From: Candidatus Omnitrophota bacterium | Lineage (GTDB): Bacteria; Omnitrophota; Gorgyraeia; Zapsychrales; Zapsychraceae | Direction: 5' to 3' | Assembly: GCA_029261065.1 (NCBI GenBank) | Contig: JAJDCB010000029.1 | Coordinates: 15,448-79,447, forward strand | DNA: 64,000 nt | Shown here: in pieces, positions 1-9,101 of the stretch | Position numbering within the stretch: position 1 is the stretch's first letter | How the letters are laid out: the number at the start of each line of letters is the position of its first letter | The notes under the pieces: model-generated | The model's input: the letters and a program-made list of their open reading frames with translations, nothing else | Told to the model about the DNA's origin: nothing | Databases searched by the model: none | Translations under genes and position numbers: made by a program

Positions 1-257
1 TGCCTTCAAAAACACCAGGGCGAGAGAAAGAGGTGTTAACAGATTGGGAAGGGTTAGAAGAGCCTAAAAGAGGGATGCGAGGTTTTCTAGTGTCTCCGCC
101 AACGGTACCTCATCGTATTTATCTTAGAGAAAATTGTTTATCCTGTCATGGGCCTAAGAATCCGAATATGCGTTTAAGGACTTCGCACCCAGAGCGTAGT
201 AGATGTTTACAGTGTCATGTGCCTAATGTGGATCAAGAATTTCAAACATACCCTTAA
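1..257 (+). CDS. c-type cytochrome, C-terminal fragment (gene starts upstream of window)
   Basis: Translation contains two CXXCH heme-binding motifs (CLSCHG, CLQCHV). The ORF is open to the window edge. Confidence 0.45.
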   Translation, partial: PSKTPGREKEVLTDWEGLEEPKRGMRGFLVSPPTVPHRIYLRENCLSCHGPKNPNMRLRTSHPERSRCLQCHVPNVDQEFQTYP

Positions 258-271
258 AAACGATTAGTGAT

Positions 272-712
272 ATGAGTCAAGAATTAACGATTGATGATGC
301 CAAAAAAGCGATGGGCGTGCATGTCCTTGAAAAAGGGTACATGTTAAGAGAGAAGTATGGGACTTTTATTGATTATGGCATTTTATTGAAAATTATGACT
401 GATGACAATTTTGTTCGATTTCCAACGCGTATAGAATTTTGTTCTGCTAAAATAGAAAAAGGTTTCTTTGCTCTAGCTGAAAAGATATCTAAAGATAGCA
501 GTGATGGCTATGTTATTTATGTGCATGATCATTTTAAGAAACGATTAGGGGATGTGCCTGCATTGGTTTTGTATCATTTGGTGACAGTCAATTATGGTGA
601 TTTTGCCTCTTCAAATGATGCCGAACTTTTTGCTTCAGCAGCCTTAGGGATGAAGCAAGATGAATACTATGAGCACATTTGTCATCTAGCTGATCAAATT
701 CCGTATAAATAA
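272..712 (+). CDS. hypothetical protein
   Basis: 146-aa ORF with no recognisable motif. Sits between the cytochrome fragment and tatA. Confidence 0.3.
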   Translation: MSQELTIDDAKKAMGVHVLEKGYMLREKYGTFIDYGILLKIMTDDNFVRFPTRIEFCSAKIEKGFFALAEKISKDSSDGYVIYVHDHFKKRLGDVPALVLYHLVTVNYGDFASSNDAELFASAALGMKQDEYYEHICHLADQIPYK

Positions 713-727
713 TAGAGGGGGTCTAAT

Positions 728-1030
728 ATGTTTGGTTTAGGTTTTCCAGAGTTGCTCGTAATATTTTTTGTTATTTTTCTTCTTTTTGGAGCTAAGGCTT
801 TACCAGAGGTGGCTAAAGGTTTAGGGCAGGCCATGCAAATTTTTAAAAAACAAGCTCGAGAGATAAGTGACGATATCGAAATAAGTTCCAATAAACCCCG
901 TTTAGCGCCAGATTCAAAAGAGGAATCAACTAAAGCCTCAGATGTGGTTGGTGAAAGTAACGACTTTGACAGCTCTAAACGTAAAGACAATTGGCGAGAT
1001 CAGACAAAAACAAAAGATACTAACGCTTAA
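728..1030 (+). CDS. tatA: twin-arginine translocase subunit TatA/E
   Basis: N-terminus MFGLGFPELLVIFFVIFLLFGAKALPE is the canonical TatA TM helix plus hinge, followed by a charged amphipathic C-terminal tail. Confidence 0.7.
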   Translation: MFGLGFPELLVIFFVIFLLFGAKALPEVAKGLGQAMQIFKKQAREISDDIEISSNKPRLAPDSKEESTKASDVVGESNDFDSSKRKDNWRDQTKTKDTNA

Positions 1031-1074
1031 ATAATATTATTTGTTAATATGGAAAAATCCCGAAAGGATAAATC

Positions 1075-1578
1075 ATGCTTCCTATAGATAATTTTGATAT
1101 TCGACATTTGTTAAAAGATGTCAAAGTCAAAGATGTTATGACAGCGCCATGCGCAACAATTAATAAAGAGGAAAATTTGAGTCTTGTAGAGGAGATGTTT
1201 ATTGAAAAACGCATACGGCATTTACCCGTTGTCGATTCAGCGCATAGATTGGTTGGCCTGATCACCAAAAGAGATTTATTTAGAACGGTTTCTCCAAGAA
1301 AATCAATAGATGGGAAAGTTTCTTATTCAAGTGACAAATTGATTGAAAAAAGTGGCGTTTTTTACGAAAAAGAAACTTTGGATAATTTTATTTTAAGCAA
1401 GATCATGATTCAAAGTGTTTTAACTCTTAAAGAAAGCAGTTCTATTGCTGATGCTATTCATTTAATGGTCGCAAAAAAATTAGGTTGTATCCCTGTTGTT
1501 AGTGAGGAGAATAAAGTTTTAGGGATCATCACCCGTTTTGATATTTTAAAGATGGCCGATCAAATTGTGCAATCTTAA
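1075..1578 (+). CDS. CBS domain pair protein
   Basis: Two CBS-like modules (HLPVVD...LVGLITKRDL and CIPVVSEENKVLGIITRFDIL). Confidence 0.65.
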   Translation: MLPIDNFDIRHLLKDVKVKDVMTAPCATINKEENLSLVEEMFIEKRIRHLPVVDSAHRLVGLITKRDLFRTVSPRKSIDGKVSYSSDKLIEKSGVFYEKETLDNFILSKIMIQSVLTLKESSSIADAIHLMVAKKLGCIPVVSEENKVLGIITRFDILKMADQIVQS

Positions 1579-1783
1579 ACGTCATTGTTTAGTTTATGGT
1601 ACTGACGAAATTGGGCAAATAATAAAGCTGGTAATTTTTCTAGATTTTAATAAAATACAACCAGCTTTGCAGGCAAATTTTTTATAAGCATTTTTAAAGA
1701 GAGGAATGAGTTGAAAGACTCAATGTAATAATTATTTTAAAGTAAGGGGTGGCTTAGACTCTTTAAGTCCCCCTTTTTTCATT

Positions 1784-2422
1784 ATGAATAAGATAAAAAT
1801 TGCGATATTTATCAATTTAGTTTTTAATGGCATTCTCGTTTATTCGTGCACCTTAGCCGGTATTAATAAAGGGGATGCCTTTTTTTTATTTGAAGAAAAA
1901 CAAGCCGTAACTTTTTTCTCAGCATTATTTTTGGGTTCAACTTCTTTGAGTGCTGCTTATAGATCATACGTTCACTATAAATATGAGGAAGGCAAAAAGT
2001 TCTTTAACTTTTGGGGACTTTCATCTCTTGGTTTTTTCTATCTATGTATGGATGAATATTTTATGGCTCATGAAGGGATTGCTGCTGGTCTTGTGGAGAT
2101 GGTTGGGGGAAATGCACGAGGAACACATTTTGATGGTCTGACGTTAGCTTTTTTTGGTTTAATTGCCTTAGGTGTCTGTATCTATTTTCGTAAACAAATA
2201 TTATTTAATAAAAATTTTATCATTTTATGTGTGCTGGGAGCGTGTGGTTTATGCGGAACGGTTGTTTTCGATCAACTGGAATATCGAGGGGCCGTGATTT
2301 ATAAACTGATTGAAGAAACTTTTAAAATTGTTGGAGTGACGTTTTTTCTTAGTGCCTACATTATCGCTTTGACAGATTTTCTTGCTACCTTAAAAGGGAG
2401 GGTGACAGATGTTTCGATTTAA
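1784..2422 (+). CDS. hypothetical polytopic membrane protein
   Basis: About 6 hydrophobic segments. Overlaps the next gene by 14 nt (operon). Confidence 0.4.
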   Translation: MNKIKIAIFINLVFNGILVYSCTLAGINKGDAFFLFEEKQAVTFFSALFLGSTSLSAAYRSYVHYKYEEGKKFFNFWGLSSLGFFYLCMDEYFMAHEGIAAGLVEMVGGNARGTHFDGLTLAFFGLIALGVCIYFRKQILFNKNFIILCVLGACGLCGTVVFDQLEYRGAVIYKLIEETFKIVGVTFFLSAYIIALTDFLATLKGRVTDVSI

Positions 2423-3161
2423 TAATCACAATACAATTCCTCAAGTAAATGACGCTTATAGTTATTCCTCGTATTCAAAGAAACCTCCACTAGAAGATGT
2501 TGTTTTGGACTGGAATGTTGCTGTCATTCAACCAACAAAACAAATGCTTGGATCCGTAGTTGCTTATATACCAGATTTGATTGCCGCTGTTTATACTTTA
2601 GTCTTTGGATGGATATTTGCAAAAATAGCGATGATAATCGTTAAGAAGTTTTTAACAGCAATTCAATTTGACAAAATTGCTGATAAAGTTGGCATCAAAG
2701 CGATGTTTGATGATGCTGGTATATCGGTTACGGCTACACAGTGGTTAAGTAACCTTATGTTTTGGATTATCATTTTTATCGCAGGCGTTTTGTGTCTCGA
2801 TAAATTAAGGTTGGACACCGCTTCTTACCATTTAAATTTCTTTTTCTCTTATAGTATTTCTATTACGCTTGCGTTTGTTATTTTTATACTAGGATTATTT
2901 TTAAGCACGATTTTATCAAAAATTGTCCTAACAACAGCCAAGGCCTTAAAATTGAGCAAGCCCAATGTTTATGCTGGGATTATGCGGTATGGGATTATCG
3001 GATTTACAACAATGCTGGCCTTAAGTCAGTTTGCAATTCCTGGTGAGGCTATTTTGATCATAATTGGAGTTACTTTTATTACTCTATGCCTTACGTTTAT
3101 CGTAGCTTTTGGGATTGGGGGAAGGCAGTGGGCAGGAAAAATTTTGGATAAAATTGCCTAA
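2409..3161 (+). CDS. membrane protein with repeated 'conserved TM helix' (MscS-N-terminal-like) modules
   Basis: Two about 45-aa repeats of the form hydrophobic helix plus KKxL (e.g. AAVYTLVFGWIFAKIAMIIVKKFL), resembling PF05552-type repeats. No MscS beta domain. Confidence 0.4.
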   Translation: MFRFNNHNTIPQVNDAYSYSSYSKKPPLEDVVLDWNVAVIQPTKQMLGSVVAYIPDLIAAVYTLVFGWIFAKIAMIIVKKFLTAIQFDKIADKVGIKAMFDDAGISVTATQWLSNLMFWIIIFIAGVLCLDKLRLDTASYHLNFFFSYSISITLAFVIFILGLFLSTILSKIVLTTAKALKLSKPNVYAGIMRYGIIGFTTMLALSQFAIPGEAILIIIGVTFITLCLTFIVAFGIGGRQWAGKILDKIA

Positions 3162-3301
3162 AATTGTCATTTGATTAGTTTCGAAAAAATAGGCTCGAAT
3201 TATCGAATATTTCTGGACAGCCTATAAAAACTCTGTTATAAATGAACCCAGCTTTCGTAGAATTTCTTCAACTTTGATTTTTTTCTTTACCATTTCTTTG
3301 G

Positions 3302-3676
3302 ATGACCATAATTTCAAAAGATAATGATGTTTTTACAGTGATTGTCCGCATGAGCGTAGGGCCGCAGCATATGGCTGAATTACTCAAAGCGCACACAAAG
3401 ACAATTCCTGTTATGCAAAAACTCCCAGGATTCCTATCACTTTCATCACATAAAACTCATGACGATACTCAACTCATTGTATATTTCCAATGGCAATCTC
3501 AAAAAGATCATGAGAACTGTATGTCAAACCCAGTTTGGCAAGAACCTGGGAATAATGATGTGATGCGTATGAAAGAAGAAGGGATTATAAATATGGATAT
3601 CTCGACGTGTGATGTTTTTGTAGCGGTGGGAGACTCGTCATCTCAGGATGCTGAGGTAATAAATGATCATGCTTGA
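3302..3676 (+). CDS. ABM (antibiotic-biosynthesis-monooxygenase-like) domain protein
   Basis: Size about 120 aa. Pattern FTVIVRMSV...LPGFLSLSSHKTHDDTQLIVYFQWQSQKDHEN is typical of the ABM ferredoxin-like fold. Confidence 0.45.
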   Translation: MTIISKDNDVFTVIVRMSVGPQHMAELLKAHTKTIPVMQKLPGFLSLSSHKTHDDTQLIVYFQWQSQKDHENCMSNPVWQEPGNNDVMRMKEEGIINMDISTCDVFVAVGDSSSQDAEVINDHA

Positions 3677-3702
3677 GATTCTATTTTGGCGGGTAATAAA
3701 AA

Positions 3703-3775
3703 TGGGCCATGCAAGACTCGAACTTGCTACCCACTGATTAAGAGTCAGTTGCTCTACCAGATGAGCTAATGGCCC
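3703..3775 (-). tRNA. tRNA-Lys (anticodon CTT)
   Basis: Reverse complement GGGCCATTAGCTCATCTGGTAGAGCAACTGACTCTTAATCAGTGGGTAGCAAGTTCGAGTCTTGCATGGCCC-A folds as a cloverleaf: 7-bp acceptor stem, D-arm AGCTCA/TGGTAGAGC, anticodon stem ACTGA/TCAGT with loop CTCTTAA, T-arm GTTCGAGTC. The 3' CCA is not encoded. Confidence 0.8.
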
Positions 3776-3909
3776 AGATGAAAAATTTAATTTTTCAAAG
3801 AGCACCTTTATATCAAAGTTTTTTAACGCTGTAAAGCAATTAATTAAGTGAATTCCTTGGATCTCCTCATAGCTTGGCTGTAAGGATATTCACACTTGAA
3901 AGACGAAAA

Positions 3910-4731
3910 ATGACAATTCAAACATTTGAAAAAGAAGCTTTAAAGAAAAAGGCTGTTTTATTTCGTAAAGAAATTCTTCAAGTTACGAATGCCGCCGGAT
4001 CTGGTCATCCAGGTGGATCTTTATCTGCTGTTGAGATATTAATCGCATTATATGATTATAAAATGAATCATAAACCCGATGACCCGCAATGGGAGGATCG
4101 TGATCGATTAATCATCTCAAAAGGCCATGTGACGCCTGTGACTTATGTGACTTTGGCGAATTATGGTTACTTTCCCAAGGAAGAGTTAAAAGGATTTAGA
4201 AAGTTTGATAGTATTCTGCAAGGACACGTGCATCGCAAAGTTCCTGGGGTTGAATTTAATACAGGCTCCTTGGGGCATGGATTGTCAGTGGTAAATGGTA
4301 TCGCGCTTGGAGCAAAACTCCAAAAGAAGAGTTTTCGTAGCTATTGTGTTATGGGGGATGGTGAGATCCAAGAGGGTTCAGTTTGGGAAGCTGCGATGAG
4401 TGCTGCTCATTTTAAGTTGGATAATGTTTGCGCTATTGTTGATTATAATAAAGTTCAAGAGAATGGTCCTACAAATGAAATCAAAAATTTAGAACCTTTA
4501 GCTGAGAAATGGCGTAGTTTCGGGTGGCATGCCATTGAGGTGATTGGTCATAATTTTGATCAATTGATAGCCGCCTTAGATCAGATAGATACGATAAAAG
4601 ATAAACCTTGTGTCATTATTGCTCATACCATAAAAGGAAAAGGTATTTCTTTTATGGAAGGAGAGCGTGGTTGGCATGGAAAAGCTCCTAATGATGAGCA
4701 ATTAGCAGAAGCCTTAAAAGAACTGGAATAA
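3910..4731 (+). CDS. tktA: transketolase, N-terminal (TPP-binding) subunit
   Basis: GHPGGSLSAVEIL TPP-binding motif and GHG...GDGE motifs; about 270 aa split-type transketolase. The ORF opens at TTG 3874; ATG 3910 (MTIQTF...) is the likelier start. Confidence 0.8.
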   Translation: MTIQTFEKEALKKKAVLFRKEILQVTNAAGSGHPGGSLSAVEILIALYDYKMNHKPDDPQWEDRDRLIISKGHVTPVTYVTLANYGYFPKEELKGFRKFDSILQGHVHRKVPGVEFNTGSLGHGLSVVNGIALGAKLQKKSFRSYCVMGDGEIQEGSVWEAAMSAAHFKLDNVCAIVDYNKVQENGPTNEIKNLEPLAEKWRSFGWHAIEVIGHNFDQLIAALDQIDTIKDKPCVIIAHTIKGKGISFMEGERGWHGKAPNDEQLAEALKELE

Positions 4732-4761
4732 TTAATACATTTACCTTTGGAGTGCTTAAAT

Positions 4762-5718
4762 ATGTCAGAAAAAATGGTTCCTACGCGTGATGGATTTGGT
4801 AAAGAGTTGGTTGAAATAGGAAAGGCGAATGAAAAGGTCTTAGTTGTTTCAGCTGATTTAGAAGATGCCACAAGAGCAGAATATTTTAAAAACGAATTTC
4901 CTCAACGTTTCTTTTCGGTTGGAATCGCTGAACAAGATATGGTTGGAACAGCGGCTGGTTTAAGTCTTCAAGGTTTTGTTCCCTTTGTTAATTCTTTCGC
5001 CGTATTTATGACAAATCGTGCTTATGATATGATTCGTATCGATGTTTGTTACAATGATTGTAATGTCAAAATTATTTGTTCGCATGCTGGTGTTACTGTA
5101 GGACCTGACGGTGCGACAGCGCAATGTTTAGAGGATTTTGCTTTAATGAGAGTGTTGCCTAATTTAAAAGTTGTTTGTCCGGTTGATGAATTGGAAGCTC
5201 GAAAAGCAACACAGGTATTTGCAAAAGAGATAGGTCCTATGTATATGCGCACAAGTCGTTGTGCTTTTCCTGTACTCACAAAACCAGAGGATCCTTTTGT
5301 GATAGGAAAAGCGAATATTATGAGAGAAGGAAAAGATGCAACGATTATTGCTTGTGGGGTGCATGTGAGTGAAGGGTTAAAGGCCGCTGATATTTTGGCT
5401 CAAGAGGGTGTTGAGGTAAGGGTCGTGAATATGCATACGATCAAACCTATTGATGAAGAGATGATTATTTCATGTGCCAAGGAAACAGGCGCCATCATTA
5501 CAGCTGAAGAACATCAAAAGCATGGTGGATTAGGCAGTGCAGTTGCTGAGGTGGTTGTTAAACAATGTCCCGTTCCAATGGAGATGGTTGCTGTTGATGA
5601 TAGTTTTGGAAGGTCTGGTTCCCCTGAGGAATTACTTAAAGCTTATCATCTAAAAGATGTTGATATCGTTGAATCCATTAAGAAAGCTATCAAACGTAAA
5701 ACATTACAATCCGTTTAA
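4762..5718 (+). CDS. tktB: transketolase, C-terminal (pyrimidine-binding) subunit
   Basis: Homology pattern of the transketolase Pyr and C-terminal domains (AEQDMVGTAAGLS, FMTNRAYDMIR). The ORF opens at TTG 4747; ATG 4762 is preceded by GGAG. Confidence 0.8.
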   Translation: MSEKMVPTRDGFGKELVEIGKANEKVLVVSADLEDATRAEYFKNEFPQRFFSVGIAEQDMVGTAAGLSLQGFVPFVNSFAVFMTNRAYDMIRIDVCYNDCNVKIICSHAGVTVGPDGATAQCLEDFALMRVLPNLKVVCPVDELEARKATQVFAKEIGPMYMRTSRCAFPVLTKPEDPFVIGKANIMREGKDATIIACGVHVSEGLKAADILAQEGVEVRVVNMHTIKPIDEEMIISCAKETGAIITAEEHQKHGGLGSAVAEVVVKQCPVPMEMVAVDDSFGRSGSPEELLKAYHLKDVDIVESIKKAIKRKTLQSV

Positions 5719-5784
5719 GTGTCATTTTACCTCTCGAATAAATTCTAAAATAAAAGTGTTAAATTATTGTAAAGGGGAAGCTAG

Positions 5785-6912
5785 ATGTCAAAGAGTACCA
5801 TTGAACAATTAGCAGAATTTGGGCAAAGTGCCTGGTTGGATTATATTAGTCGTTCGTTATTGGAATCTGATAAATTTAAAAATTTGATGGATCAAGGATT
5901 GCGTGGCATGACATCGAATCCTTCTATTTTTCAAAATGCGATTGGTGACTCTTCTGAATATGATCATGAAATTGTTCAATTAAAACAAAGTGGTAAAAGT
6001 TCTTTTGAGATCTATGATGCGTTAAGCATAGAGGATATTCAAAGAGCGGCAGATCAATTTAAAGGTGTGTACGAGGTGACAAATAAATTAGATGGTTATG
6101 TGAGTTTAGAGATAAATCCTTTATTAGCTAATAAAGTGGATGAGCAGATTGCTGAAGGCAAACGTTTATTTGAGAAAGTTGATCGAAAAAATGTCATGAT
6201 TAAAGTGCCTTCCACAGAAGAGGGCTTTGAGGTTATTGAAGAGTTGATTGCCAGTGGCATTAACGTTAATGTCACATTAATTTTTTCTTTAGAACAATAT
6301 ATTAAAACGGTTGAAGCTTACTTAAAAGGTTTAGAACGTTTGTCTCAAACCGATTTTGATTTAAATGATATCCGATCCGTGGCTAGTGTCTTTGTAAGTC
6401 GAGTTGACTCTACTGTTGATAAGCTATTAGATGATAAAATTGCAAAAACAACGGAAGAGACAAAAAAGACAGAGCTTTCTTGTTTAAAGGGAAAGACGGC
6501 CGTTTCTAACTCGCGCATTATTTTTGAAAAATACAAGGAGTTGTTTAACTCTGATCGATTTAAAGAGTTGGCCGCAAAAGGCGCGCAAGTTCAACGTGTC
6601 CTTTGGGGATCAACAAGTACAAAGAACCCTGCTTATAGTGATGTAAAATATGTAACAGAATTAATTGCACAACCTACTGTGAATACCATTCCAGAAAAAA
6701 CTCTTATTGCCTTTCTTGACCATGGTGAGGTAAAAGATGCCTTTACTTGGGATGCTGATAAAGCTTTTGAGACGATAGAGGCTCTTAAGAAAAACGGTAT
6801 TGACTGTGATGAGGTTTGTTCAAAATTATTGAATGATGGTTGTGTGGCCTTTAACCAAGCTTTTGAATCCTTGTTGGATTCTATTGAGAAGAAGGCCGCT
6901 CAATTAGTATAA
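5785..6912 (+). CDS. tal: transaldolase (long form)
   Basis: 375-aa ORF with transaldolase-family N-terminus (AEFGQSAWLDYISRSLL...GMTSNPSIF). Follows tktAB. Confidence 0.75.
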   Translation: MSKSTIEQLAEFGQSAWLDYISRSLLESDKFKNLMDQGLRGMTSNPSIFQNAIGDSSEYDHEIVQLKQSGKSSFEIYDALSIEDIQRAADQFKGVYEVTNKLDGYVSLEINPLLANKVDEQIAEGKRLFEKVDRKNVMIKVPSTEEGFEVIEELIASGINVNVTLIFSLEQYIKTVEAYLKGLERLSQTDFDLNDIRSVASVFVSRVDSTVDKLLDDKIAKTTEETKKTELSCLKGKTAVSNSRIIFEKYKELFNSDRFKELAAKGAQVQRVLWGSTSTKNPAYSDVKYVTELIAQPTVNTIPEKTLIAFLDHGEVKDAFTWDADKAFETIEALKKNGIDCDEVCSKLLNDGCVAFNQAFESLLDSIEKKAAQLV

Positions 6913-6960
6913 AAGTGTCTCTATCATGAGCTCATTTATAGAGATACTTTGGATAAGCTT

Positions 6961-7887
6961 ATGATAAATTCATCTTCCCACCACATACAAGATGCCAATT
7001 GGCTCAATACCCCTACCCAAGATAAACGTGGATACATTGAACCCCAAACATTAAAAGAACTCTGGTTTCATACAGGAACGATTTGTAATTTAAGTTGTCC
7101 CTTTTGTCTAGAGGGATCAAAGCCTGGAGATGATCGTCTGAATAAGATTACATTAGATGATGTAAAACCTTTGGTTGAAGAAGCTCTTGAGGTGGGAGTG
7201 GAACGATTTTCTTTTACAGGTGGCGAGCCGTTTGTAATTAAGGATATGGTTAAGATACTAGACTATTGTTTGGATTTTCGTCCTTGTTTAGTTCTTACCA
7301 ATGCCACAGCCCCGCTGCAGAAGAGATTGGATGATATTAAACCTCTTCTTGATAAAAAGCATGATCTTAATTTTAGAGTGAGTTTCGATTATCATGATTC
7401 CAAAAAACACGATCAAGGCCGAGGAGAAGGTAATTTTGAGGTGGCTTTACAAACGCTTGGCAAATTAAATGCCTTAGGCTTTAATGTCTCCATTGCAAGA
7501 CAACGTGAGAAAGAAGAGCAGGTTGATGAAGTTGAAGCTGCCTATCATAATCATTTTAAGCGTGTGGGTGTGGCTGATAATACGCGTATTGTCAGCTTTC
7601 CTGACTTTTTAACGCCGGGTTCCATTCCCCATGTTCCTCATATTACAGAAAATTGTATGACAACATATCACAGTCAAGAATCTCGAGATAATTTTATGTG
7701 TAATTTTAGTAAGATGATTGTCAAAAAAAATGGTAAAATGCGTGTCTATGCTTGTACATTGGTGGATGATGATGAAAATTATGATTTAGGCTCAACATTA
7801 AAAGACTCTATGAAATATCGTGTGATGATGAAACATCACAGATGTTATTCTTGTTTTGCGCAAGGGGCGAGTTGTAGTGAAATTTAA
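6961..7887 (+). CDS. radical SAM protein with C-terminal Cys-rich tail, candidate ArsS-like (TIGR04167-type) enzyme
   Basis: CNLSCPFC is a CX3CX2C radical-SAM cluster motif near the N-terminus. GGEPF glycine-rich SAM motif is present. C-terminus CYSCFAQGASCSEI is Cys-rich. The ORF opens at TTG 6949; first ATG is at 6961. Confidence 0.5.
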   Translation: MINSSSHHIQDANWLNTPTQDKRGYIEPQTLKELWFHTGTICNLSCPFCLEGSKPGDDRLNKITLDDVKPLVEEALEVGVERFSFTGGEPFVIKDMVKILDYCLDFRPCLVLTNATAPLQKRLDDIKPLLDKKHDLNFRVSFDYHDSKKHDQGRGEGNFEVALQTLGKLNALGFNVSIARQREKEEQVDEVEAAYHNHFKRVGVADNTRIVSFPDFLTPGSIPHVPHITENCMTTYHSQESRDNFMCNFSKMIVKKNGKMRVYACTLVDDDENYDLGSTLKDSMKYRVMMKHHRCYSCFAQGASCSEI

Positions 7888-7907
7888 TTTTTAATATTTA
7901 TGAAGTG

Positions 7908-8693
7908 ATGATTATGAATCTAAAACAAAAAGTTCTTATCTTTGAAACACCTTACGACATTTCAAACTATTTGTTAAAGCAATGGTCTTTGATCGCGGAA
8001 AAAACGTTAGAAAATCAAGATCATTTTCGAGTGGCCTTAGCAGGTGGGAAGACACCACAGGAGTTTTACAGTCGTCTTTCAGCTTTTCGTGCTTATGATC
8101 AATGGCATCGGACGCACGTGTGTTTAACAGATGAACGGTATTGTCAAGAAGATGATCCAAACAATAACTATCGAATGATAAAAGAAAAGCTTCTTAATTA
8201 TGTATCTATACCAGAGGAAAATAGTTATTCCATATCTCAGGATCAGAAAGACGCGCAACAAGCGGCTGACAATTATCAAACGTTTTTAAAGGGAATGTTT
8301 CAAACAGAAAATCAAGAATTTCCTTCTTTTGATTTTATGCTATTAGGAATGGGGAGTGATGGGCATACAGCTTCTTTATTTCCTGGGGACTCAGCGATAA
8401 GTGAAGATACGTCATGGACACTAGCTGTTAAGCAGCACGCGCTTACTTATGAAAGAATTAGTTTAAGTTTACCTGTCCTTAATCATGCCAAAAATATATT
8501 TTTTTTAATTTGTGGTCAAGATAAAGCGGAGATGGCTGAGAAAATTTTTATCCAAAAATTAAGGTTTCCTGCTGGATGTATTAATCCTGTTGATGGTATG
8601 TGTCATTATTTATTGGATCGCCAAGCAGCGGCTCGTTTACCCTATTTGGATTCATTCGTGGAAGAAGAAGGTGGGCTTGTTGTTGAGCTTTGA
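7908..8693 (+). CDS. pgl: 6-phosphogluconolactonase
   Basis: NagB/Pgl family motifs ALAGGKTPQEFY and LGMGSDGHTASLFPG. Completes the tkt-tal-pgl block. GTG 7905 is an alternative start. Confidence 0.75.
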   Translation: MIMNLKQKVLIFETPYDISNYLLKQWSLIAEKTLENQDHFRVALAGGKTPQEFYSRLSAFRAYDQWHRTHVCLTDERYCQEDDPNNNYRMIKEKLLNYVSIPEENSYSISQDQKDAQQAADNYQTFLKGMFQTENQEFPSFDFMLLGMGSDGHTASLFPGDSAISEDTSWTLAVKQHALTYERISLSLPVLNHAKNIFFLICGQDKAEMAEKIFIQKLRFPAGCINPVDGMCHYLLDRQAAARLPYLDSFVEEEGGLVVEL

Positions 8694-8735
8694 TGAATAT
8701 AAAAGGGGGATGATTTGATTCGCCGGCATGGCCAA

Positions 8736-8933
8736 ATGGCTCCAGAAGAAGTTTTCACACGATGTGTCTTTGCTTTTATCATGATATTTGCCGCTTTTTT
8801 TAGTTGGGGGCGATGGGTGACTTTAGTATTGGGTTTACTCTTTTTGCTTTCCGCTTTTCAAGGGATATGTGTGACATGTATTATTTATAAGAAGTATTTT
8901 CAGAAAGAAAACCCTTCCAATAACCCTTCTTAG
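8736..8933 (+). CDS. small membrane protein, DUF2892 (YgaP-like) family
   Basis: Two hydrophobic helices and a C-terminal FQGICVTCIIYKKYF motif typical of DUF2892. The ORF opens at TTG 8715; ATG 8736 is likelier. Confidence 0.35.
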   Translation: MAPEEVFTRCVFAFIMIFAAFFSWGRWVTLVLGLLFLLSAFQGICVTCIIYKKYFQKENPSNNPS

Positions 8934-9003
8934 ATATCCATAAATTATTGTAATTTTAATTGTCTGCTGATGCCTTTCAGGTATACTTAATAGTAGTGCA
9001 TTT

Positions 9004-9059
9004 GTCATTCCGGCTTAAAGAGCCGGAATCTCATAGATTCCCGATGCCTCGGGAATGAC
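9004..9059. repeat. pair of GC-rich hairpins sharing ATTCC...GGAAT arms (REP-like or terminator-like element)
   Basis: First hairpin attccggct-taaag-agccggaat (9-bp stem). Second hairpin attcccga-tgcc-tcgggaat (8-bp stem). Both are enclosed by gtcattcc...ggaatgac. GC-rich island in an AT-rich intergenic region. Confidence 0.4.
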
Positions 9060-9101
9060 AAGCTCAAAACAAAAGCAATAAGAAGTTGAGCGAAGGAACT
9101 C

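Noticed and set aside
694-990. 98-aa minus-strand ORF overlapping tatA
   Set aside because: It is antisense to a well-supported gene and has a low-complexity translation. This is the typical shadow-ORF pattern. The same applies to 1044-1268, 4623-4871, 5049-5364, 6345-6536, 7936-8160, 11389-11595, 16829-17150, 17412-17600, 19258-19751, 21692-21962, 23596-23781, 24585-24887, 25671-25862, 26757-26942, 33501-33749, 35652-35879, 36603-37159, 38471-38959, 39978-40730, 41101-41304, 44501-44737, 47587-48054, 49021-49206, 49624-50322, 50677-50892, 52142-52411, 52573-52902, 53419-53709, 53963-54178, 55999-56232, 56443-56628, 57181-57573, 57821-58420, 59772-59960, 61022-61579 and 63265-63468.
1950-2141. 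Internal + strand ORFs in alternative frames (also 26152-26382, 32134-32367, 32545-32799, 36192-36404, 51490-51672)
   Set aside because: They are nested inside or overlap longer ORFs that carry clear family motifs, and show no independent signal.
3703-3775. tRNA-Lys as an integration hotspot for a genomic island
   Set aside because: No integrase, direct repeat of the tRNA 3' end, or mobile genes are nearby. The flanking genes are housekeeping.
6913-6948. Hairpin tctctat-N13-atagaga after tal as a terminator
   Set aside because: There is no downstream T-tract, and the next gene starts immediately. It is more likely an intra-operon stem or coincidental.
6961-7887. Selenocysteine recoding in the ArsS-like rSAM
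   Set aside because: There is no in-frame TGA. The ORF ends with TAA after a Cys-containing motif, so this appears to be a Cys version.
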